Shown here piece after piece: positions 57,903 to 64,000 of a stretch of 64,000 bases of DNA (position 1 is its first letter; each line of letters begins with the position of its first letter). The stretch is from positions 2,896,616 to 2,960,615 of the forward strand of contig OZ245843.1 of assembly GCA_965228875.1 (NCBI GenBank). The letters run 5' to 3'. This DNA comes from Thalassobaculaceae bacterium. Lineage in GTDB: Bacteria > Pseudomonadota > Alphaproteobacteria > Thalassobaculales > Thalassobaculaceae. The notes under the pieces were generated by a model. It saw nothing but the letters and a program-made list of their open reading frames with translations. It was not told where the DNA came from and ran no database searches. Position numbers and translations under genes: made by a program.

Positions 57903-59213
57903 ATGGGGTTCACCCGCAAAGAAGTAGAAGAAAAGCGTGATGCTATACCGACGCTCTATCGGGCCGACCGGGGCACTGGTGCCTCACTGTCCGATGCCAT
58001 GCGCCGCACAGAGATTGAGTATGCCGTCGCCGACGCACGAGATGCTGAGGCCGACAAGATCGCCTTCATCGAGGCAGAGGGCGCGATCGCAATGGCGCAG
58101 GCTGGCGCCGGAAGCCGGAAAATCGAGACACTTCAGGATCTTCGCGACCTCGCAGTAACGCTTGAGGCGATGGATACCGACGACGAACGCCGCAATGCTC
58201 TGGCGGGCATCGTGTCCGGGCGCATGATCGCCAACTATTTCGCCTTCCTCGACAAGCGCCGTGCCGAAGCGCAGGCCAACGAACGCAAATCCAGACAGGA
58301 AGCGCACTATATGGCGCTGCTCTACGCGCAGATCGCGGAGTTGGACTTCCAGATCGGGCAGTTGGAAGACGCCTTGGACTACCTGGCTCGCACGGGCGAT
58401 GTCGAAGGCACCATGGAGAAGCCTGGCGTACAAGACGCCGTCGCAAAATGGGAGCAGCGAACAGGCCGCAAATTCGATCCAAACAGCCCCGAGGGAAAGC
58501 AAATCCTTGAAGACATCATCAGGGAGGACTTGCGCGAGAAGCGGCAGCAGAAGGCAGAGGCCGAGCGCGAAGCAGGGATAGTGAACGCTGGAATCGATCA
58601 GGAGCGGGAGACAAAAGCCAGAACTGATGCCACTTATGCTGCACAGGCAGAAACACGCTCAGGACGGGACGGCCTCATCACTGATGCGCAGTACCATGAG
58701 CGGGAAAGAACATTAAATAGTGCTGTACAAGCTGCTTCGAAGGTTGGGGAACTGGAGCATCGTCTCCTGACGCTTACGGACTTAGAGCAATTTAAAGGAA
58801 CACCAAACTATACTAGCAAGATCGACGATTTCGTCGCATCGGCTGATCAGGCAACAGTCTCTGACATATACAATGATAGCAACAGTGACCCAGATATTCG
58901 CACACGCATTGGGTTGCATTACCTGAGAAAAGAAATTGCCGATATGGAAGAATTCAAAGGAACGCCGGATTATCCCGCTTACATCCAAGCTCTAATTGCG
59001 GACGCGCCAGAAAGTGTGCGTGAAGCGATGCGCAATGAGGCTGATTTGGATGAAACGGTCGCGACAGCTCTGTACGAGTCATTCTCCGACACATTGGACA
59101 AACCGGAAAGCGGCGAAACGCCTGTCGTCACCGCAGCGGCTCAGCCCGAAGCTGATGACGAACCCGCATCACCGAGTGTTCCACGGCAGCCGAACCAACC
59201 AAGTCCGGTATAG
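57903..59213 (+). CDS. acidic coiled-coil hypothetical protein with two 54-aa C-terminal repeats
   Basis: LEQFKGTPNY and MEEFKGTPDY 162 nt apart; Pro-rich tail. Confidence 0.75.
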   Translation: MGFTRKEVEEKRDAIPTLYRADRGTGASLSDAMRRTEIEYAVADARDAEADKIAFIEAEGAIAMAQAGAGSRKIETLQDLRDLAVTLEAMDTDDERRNALAGIVSGRMIANYFAFLDKRRAEAQANERKSRQEAHYMALLYAQIAELDFQIGQLEDALDYLARTGDVEGTMEKPGVQDAVAKWEQRTGRKFDPNSPEGKQILEDIIREDLREKRQQKAEAEREAGIVNAGIDQERETKARTDATYAAQAETRSGRDGLITDAQYHERERTLNSAVQAASKVGELEHRLLTLTDLEQFKGTPNYTSKIDDFVASADQATVSDIYNDSNSDPDIRTRIGLHYLRKEIADMEEFKGTPDYPAYIQALIADAPESVREAMRNEADLDETVATALYESFSDTLDKPESGETPVVTAAAQPEADDEPASPSVPRQPNQPSPV

Positions 59214-59594
59214 TCAGGATTTTTCTAAGCACCAATCAAGCGCCGCTGCGCCAGCGCTCCCGATCTCGGTAAAGCGAAATGACTTCTCTCCCACTTCAAC
59301 CCCGAGCCGCTTGGGAATCCCACGCTCCGTGGTGACGTTTGTTGTACAACCATTCTTTTCCAGAATGCCCGCCAGCCCATCGGCTGCGGACAGACTGAAT
59401 CCCGGCCCGACCCGGAGTGTCACGTGTTTGCCCGCAGGTTGCGTTGCCTGAGGCCGAATGGCGGCATCATACCGCTTCACGTCCTGCGCACTCGCAGCAC
59501 CGCCAAGCGATGCCAGAGTGACACTCGCGCCGATCACGGCGGCGGCGATCTTGCCTCTTGATCCTTCGAATGCTTTGCCCAATGCGGTAATCAT
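59214..59594 (-). CDS. small exported hypothetical protein
   Basis: Signal peptide ending ASA-QD, two Cys; start placed at MITALG. Confidence 0.65.
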   Translation of the reverse strand: MITALGKAFEGSRGKIAAAVIGASVTLASLGGAASAQDVKRYDAAIRPQATQPAGKHVTLRVGPGFSLSAADGLAGILEKNGCTTNVTTERGIPKRLGVEVGEKSFRFTEIGSAGAAALDWCLEKS

Positions 59595-59919
59595 TTTCTG
59601 TATTCTCAAAACAATATTATAAATGGAATCCGAAATATGATGCTTTATACCCCAAATGTTGGTAAAAGTCAAAATATTTGAAATATCGTTTCGGATTGTC
59701 GGGCCAGTTTGGCAATTATCGTGAACCGATACGCTTGGTATGGCGACGCTGGTTATTGCACAGCGCGGAAAGCGGAGCTCTGACATAATCGATCAATTTT
59801 GTCGAAAGGAGACATTGGTATGACGAAGATGATTTTCAACTTGCAGATTGGCAGGATTCCGCCATATTTCGGGGTCAAGGCATCGCCGCGCATGACCGCA
59901 CCGTCCAGCGCGCGGCTGC

Positions 59920-59943
59920 GGACGGAAAGGATCGTTTCTGTCC
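59920..59943. other. candidate serine-recombinase crossover (res/inv) site
   Basis: GGACGGAAAGG-AT-CGTTTCTGTCC: 11-bp inverted arms (9/11 match) around a 2-bp core, 43 nt upstream of the resolvase. Confidence 0.45.
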
Positions 59944-59986
59944 CCTCGGTCCTATGGGGGCTTAAGCCCCGCAAAGGCGGTGCCTC

Positions 59987-60586
59987 ATGAGCTTCTGGCC
60001 GCAAATCGAATGTACGGGCCGCCGTTTCGGCTATGCCCGCGTCTCCACCAAAGACCAGAAACTGCGGATGCAGATCGACGCGTTGAAAGCCGTGGAGTGC
60101 GTGCGCATCTACCGCGATCACGGCGTCTCGGGCGCGAAGGGCTCTCGCCCCGGTTTGGACCGGATGCTACGGAGCCTGCGCCCCGGCGATTCCGTGGTGG
60201 TGCTCAAGCTCGACCGATTGGGCCGTTCCGTCCAGCACCTGGCCGACCTGCTGGTGCGGTTTCAGCGTGAGGGTGTGCATTTCGTGTCCCTCTCCGAGGG
60301 CATCAACACGACCACCCCAGGTGGCAAGCTGGTGTTTCACATCTTCAGTGCGGTGGCCGAGTTCCAGCGCGACATCATCGTCGAGAACACGAACGCAGGG
60401 CTGGAGGCGGCAAGGCGCAGCGGCAAGCGCCTCGGGCGCAAGCCGAAGCTCACCGTCGACGATGTGGCCGAGATTCACCGGAGCGTGTTGCAGGGGGCGG
60501 CGAGCATCGACGAAGCGGCAACGCTGTTCGGCATTCACCCCCGCACCATCGAGCGGGCGTTGGGTCGTTGTGGGTTCGATGCATGA
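59987..60586 (+). CDS. small serine recombinase (resolvase/invertase)
   Basis: GYARVST.DQ, D.G.SG, RPGL, LDRLGRS, AEF.R..I.E.T..GL..AR..G...GR.P, C-terminal HTH. Confidence 0.95.
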   Translation: MSFWPQIECTGRRFGYARVSTKDQKLRMQIDALKAVECVRIYRDHGVSGAKGSRPGLDRMLRSLRPGDSVVVLKLDRLGRSVQHLADLLVRFQREGVHFVSLSEGINTTTPGGKLVFHIFSAVAEFQRDIIVENTNAGLEAARRSGKRLGRKPKLTVDDVAEIHRSVLQGAASIDEAATLFGIHPRTIERALGRCGFDA

Positions 60587-60677
60587 TCCGTAACCGCGCA
60601 TCACCACCGGCCCAACTGAACCGTCCGAGCCGGGCTTCGAACCCCTCGATCAGTCCATGCTTACGTCAGTATGCGCT

Positions 60678-60848
60678 GCGCGCAAGCTGTGTGTGTAATA
60701 CACACCCGCTTTTTCTCGCGGTAACAAATTACCGCTCGGCAAGGGGACCCGCTGGCGCGTCCCCGTTGCATCCCCCCGGCCTGTGGCGTCTGGCGACGCC
60801 ATCGAAACGTTCCGGCGTTTCACCTCGGCAAACGATCCGCGCCGTTTG
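60678..60848. other. oriT-like region: nic-like motif plus six consecutive inverted repeats
   Basis: Minus strand CAGCTTG|C next to GTGTGTA-A-TACACAC; further hairpins at 60718-35, 60743-64, 60784-801, 60804-21, 60829-48. Confidence 0.5.
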
Positions 60849-61171
60849 ATCACGCGACCCAATTGGCGCGCCCGGGGCATCGAGCCCGCAGCCGCGCCAG
60901 CGAACCGTATCGCCGGGAAACGTATCTTCGGTTCAGAGGTAGACCTGTAGCCTCACCACCTCTGACACAAGCCGGAAGCGCTCCAGCGAATCGGCGGATT
61001 TCCGCGTTACTAGGCCGCAAAATTCCTCTCACCTCACGCAACCCGCAAGTGACATGCACCCTATGTGGTGTTTTCCCTCCCACACCGTTACTATATAGGG
61101 TCAAAACGACGCGTTGCGCTAGACGCCCAGTGCGTGTAAATTAGCTAAAACACTAAATTGAAAGAATACCT

Positions 61172-62476
61172 ATGAACTTCATTGACTTATTTGCCGGACT
61201 TGGGGGGTTCCATCAAGCATTATCTAGTCGTGGTGCAAATTGTGTCTTTGCGTCGGAACTTAATCCCACTCTCGCTCGAATATATCAAGCAAACTTTGGC
61301 ATTCAGCCTGCTGGCGACATCAGAGCTGTCGACTTAAATGCTATCCCAGATCACGATGTTCTCTGCGCGGGGTTCCCCTGCCAACCTTTCTCGAAAGCTG
61401 GCGACCAAAAAGGTCTGGAGTGTCCGCAGTGGGGGAACTTATTCGACTATGTTGTTAGCATTTTATCAATAAAACAACCGCGGTTCTTTATAATTGAGAA
61501 CGTACCCAATCTGATTCAGCATAATTCCGGCGAAACTTGGTCGATAATTTGCAGACAGCTTTGCGATCTCGGCTACGATATTAGTTTCCAGAAGCTATCA
61601 CCACACATGTTCGGGATACCGCAGAAGCGCGAGCGAGCATTCATCGTTGGTGATCGAGCAGGATTAGGGGGCTTCCGCTGGCCCATTCCGACGGTTCTTC
61701 CGCCAACGACCATACATTCTGTTCTCGACGACGACCCGGCCGACGCACACGCCCTCAATGCCGACCACCTCCACTATCTGGAGATGTGGCAGCAGTTCGT
61801 CGCGGCATTCCCTAGCGATGAACACCTGCCGACATTCCCGATTTGGGCAATGGAGTTCGGCGCGACATACCCGCTCTATGGGCCTACGCCTCACGCCCGT
61901 GGATATGAAGGAATAAGCGAGTTCAAAGGGGCGTTCGGAACACCGCTGCGTAATCTCTCGCCCGCGGAGACCAAAGACGCTTTACCTGGATACGCTCAAA
62001 CGACCCTGGCCGAGTTTCCGGATTGGAAAATCGAATTCATTATGAAGAACCGCGCCTTCTACAAGCAATATAAGGCAGTCATTGATCCTTGGGTTTGTCA
62101 AATTAAGACATTTCCTCCCAGTTTTCAAAAACTGGAATGGAACTGCAAAGGGGGAGAGCGTGACATCTGGAAGCATATCATCCAGTTCCGAGCCAGTGGA
62201 ATTCGTGTGAAGAAGGCCGATACGGCTCCCTCACTTATTGCCATGACGACAAGCCAGGTTCCAATTATCGCTTGGCTAAAGCGCTATATGACCCCAAGGG
62301 AATGTAGTCGTCTTCAAAGCATGGGCAATCTACAGGTTCTACCCACCACAAAAAACGACGCTTACAAAGCCTTCGGCAACGCCGTTAATGTCGACGTCGT
62401 ACGCAACATATTTGACGCTTTGACCGACCGTTCCACCGACGACCTATCATCCCTGACGGCAGTGGCGGCTGAGTAA
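61172..62476 (+). CDS. DNA (cytosine-5)-methyltransferase
   Basis: DLFAGLGG, GDI, GFPCQPFS, ENV, PQKRER, TPREC.RLQ, FGNAV; long variable region. Confidence 0.95.
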   Translation: MNFIDLFAGLGGFHQALSSRGANCVFASELNPTLARIYQANFGIQPAGDIRAVDLNAIPDHDVLCAGFPCQPFSKAGDQKGLECPQWGNLFDYVVSILSIKQPRFFIIENVPNLIQHNSGETWSIICRQLCDLGYDISFQKLSPHMFGIPQKRERAFIVGDRAGLGGFRWPIPTVLPPTTIHSVLDDDPADAHALNADHLHYLEMWQQFVAAFPSDEHLPTFPIWAMEFGATYPLYGPTPHARGYEGISEFKGAFGTPLRNLSPAETKDALPGYAQTTLAEFPDWKIEFIMKNRAFYKQYKAVIDPWVCQIKTFPPSFQKLEWNCKGGERDIWKHIIQFRASGIRVKKADTAPSLIAMTTSQVPIIAWLKRYMTPRECSRLQSMGNLQVLPTTKNDAYKAFGNAVNVDVVRNIFDALTDRSTDDLSSLTAVAAE

Positions 62477-64000
62477 TGGCACAACTTCGTTCGGTCAATA
62501 TACGTCCTGGCGTCAATGTTCTCTCAGTTCTGCCGCATCTCAATTACAAGGCGTGGTATGCACTTGCCGAATTCGTCGATAACGCTATTCAAAGCAGTCT
62601 CGACAAAAAACGCGAGCTGGCGGTAGCGGACGGCTCCAACTATAAACTGCGCGTCGACATTCGATTTGACGCTCACGAGAACACGATCACGATCACTGAC
62701 AACGCAGCAGGGATCGCCGAGTCTGACTATCAACGTGCGTTTCGCCCGGCTGAGATACCACCGGACGCTTCCGGTCTTTCTGAATTCGGCATGGGAATGA
62801 AGAGCGCCGCGTGCTGGTTTGCCCCTAATTGGAGCGTACGAACGACAGCTCTCGGTGAGAATATCGAGCGCACAGTGATCTTCGATATTGAGCAGATTGT
62901 CGAAGATCGTGTTGAAGAATTACATGTCATATCAACCCAGATCTCCGCCAGTCAACATCACACCGAAATTCGACTTGACAATATCCGGCGCTTTCCACGT
63001 GGGCGCACTCTGCAGAAGATCAAAGATCACCTCTCTAGCATTTACCGCGTCTTCCTGCGCGACGGCACGCTAACGCTCACTGTCGACGGCGAACCGCTCG
63101 CCTATCAGGAGCCCGGTATCCTTGTAGCGCCGAGCTATCGCGACCCCGACGGACCGAACATCACCTGGAGGAGGGAGATCAACATCCCGCTCGGGGAGGG
63201 AAAAAGCGTGACGGGATTCGTTGCCATTCGGGAGCCCGCAAGTACGAAGCTGGCCGGTTTTGCGCTGTTTCGCCGGAAGCGCCTGATCATGGGCAGCTAC
63301 GATGAGACCTACCGTCCAGAAGACATCTTCGGCCGCTCCACCACATACGCGTATCAACGTCTCTTCGGGGAAATTCACCTGAAGGGATTTCAGGTCAGTC
63401 ACACCAAAGATGGGATCAAGTGGGAGGAGAGCGAGGAGGCGTTTCTCCAGGAACTCCGAAAAATTCTCTCCGACGATGCCATGCCCCTCATGCAACAGGT
63501 CCGAGAGCATCGAAGCAAGAAGGACGTCAAGGCCACTCGGAAGGATGCGGCAGCAGCGCTCATCTCAATGGCCAATCGTCTGAACCAACGCACCTTAGCG
63601 GTCGACACGCAACCCGCGGCCAACGATCCGACCCCAACACAGCCGGACACTGTCAGAGCGCTGGGTGAGCCGCCGCTACCTTCCTTGTCTGAGAGCGAGC
63701 ACGAGCGTGTTCAGTTCCGGATGCACTTCCGAAGCGAGGACTGGATCATCTCAATCGAACTCTCATACGCCGACAACGGCGCGGACTGGCTCGATATCCG
63801 CAGTCGTCCTTCGATTGCGGATCCAGAACCTCGAGAGATCACGATCCGGGTCGCGATGCTGCACCCGTTCATGGCGCAGTTTCCCACTATGGATTCGGAG
63901 GGGTTCACCGCGGTGCTCGACATTGCAGCGGCGATGGCACTTGCAGAGGTTATCATGGCGGAGGCAGCTGACCGAACCCCGTCAGCTATACGCCGTCTAA
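62476..64000 (+). CDS. GHKL/MORC-family ATPase (partial, runs off window; absent from ORF track)
   Basis: TAATG overlap with methylase; 508 codons with no stop; ALAEFVDNAIQS, ITDNAAGI, EFGMGMKSA, HTEI, then FALFRRKRLI..RLFGEIHL..SHTKD. Confidence 0.92.
   Translation, partial: MAQLRSVNIRPGVNVLSVLPHLNYKAWYALAEFVDNAIQSSLDKKRELAVADGSNYKLRVDIRFDAHENTITITDNAAGIAESDYQRAFRPAEIPPDASGLSEFGMGMKSAACWFAPNWSVRTTALGENIERTVIFDIEQIVEDRVEELHVISTQISASQHHTEIRLDNIRRFPRGRTLQKIKDHLSSIYRVFLRDGTLTLTVDGEPLAYQEPGILVAPSYRDPDGPNITWRREINIPLGEGKSVTGFVAIREPASTKLAGFALFRRKRLIMGSYDETYRPEDIFGRSTTYAYQRLFGEIHLKGFQVSHTKDGIKWEESEEAFLQELRKILSDDAMPLMQQVREHRSKKDVKATRKDAAAALISMANRLNQRTLAVDTQPAANDPTPTQPDTVRALGEPPLPSLSESEHERVQFRMHFRSEDWIISIELSYADNGADWLDIRSRPSIADPEPREITIRVAMLHPFMAQFPTMDSEGFTAVLDIAAAMALAEVIMAEAADRTPSAIRRL

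Larger units (their letters stand above)
42185..64000. mobile_element. integrative mobilizable element / genomic island (right end outside window)
   Basis: att-like core at 42185, mobC-relaxase, VirD4, resolvase, oriT-like hairpins, methylase-ATPase, AT-rich blocks, abrupt change from host genes to hypotheticals. Confidence 0.85.

Noticed and set aside
59987..60586. Resolvase as the island integrase
   Set aside because: 199-aa resolvase/invertase type without recombinase and zinc-ribbon domains; internal position and its own stop do not fit the orphan tail at 42184
60620..60650. GGGCTTCGAACCCC resembling an antisense tRNA T-loop
   Set aside because: No TGG/CCA end at the right distance and no cloverleaf
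60864..60887. Second TGGCGCGCC (TGGCGCGCCCGGGGCATCGAGCCC) as the right att site or tRNA remnant
   Set aside because: A 9-bp GC-rich match is expected by chance in this genome; the antisense T-arm is 2 nt short and poorly paired; no large integrase precedes it and foreign DNA continues to the right
62524..64000. Short ORFs listed by the track in the last 1.5 kb
   Set aside because: All overlap the continuous GHKL ATPase frame starting at 62476
1..64000. CRISPR array, rRNA or intact tRNA
   Set aside because: No regularly spaced repeat-spacer series, no cas genes and no complete cloverleaf seen; repeats found are protein-level or two-copy
42185..64000. Prophage or self-transmissible ICE
   Set aside because: No capsid, terminase, tail or VirB4/VirB-type genes in the visible part

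Overview
High-GC alphaproteobacterial chromosome segment (gene repertoire suggests Rhodospirillales; inference). It has two parts. (1) 1-~42.1 kb is host backbone: a Tat-exported GoxA/LodA-family CTQ oxidase with its GoxB maturase, truncated hemoglobin, SDR/TauD, a molybdopterin oxidoreductase, an adenylate cyclase, YcaQ glycosylase, an XRE-PAS-HD module, CoA-transferase/HMG-CoA lyase/hydroxyacid dehydrogenase catabolic genes, folB, sodB, an unexplained PAS-like/GNAT-like gene pair, gmhB-manC, a double-CHASE3 chemoreceptor and a livKHMGF-type ABC operon. (2) From ~42.18 kb to the window end is a mosaic-GC integrative mobilizable element. Its left end looks like a tRNA-Arg-type attachment core followed by an orphan integrase-like C-terminal tail and a terminator. 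It carries mobC, a relaxase with His where the catalytic Tyr is expected, an anchor-less VirD4 preceded by two small membrane genes, and no VirB genes in the window. Cargo includes a TM-TPR protein, an HRxDGPA-repeat protein, a membrane protein fused to an HExxH peptidase behind a structured leader, a 657-aa protein with six tandem divergent HTH-like repeats, a resolvase, an oriT-like hairpin cluster, and a C5 methyltransferase coupled to a GHKL/MORC ATPase that the ORF track missed (probable defence locus continuing beyond the window). No intact tRNA, rRNA or CRISPR array was seen. All calls come from reading motifs by eye; GC statements are visual estimates and no database search was run.
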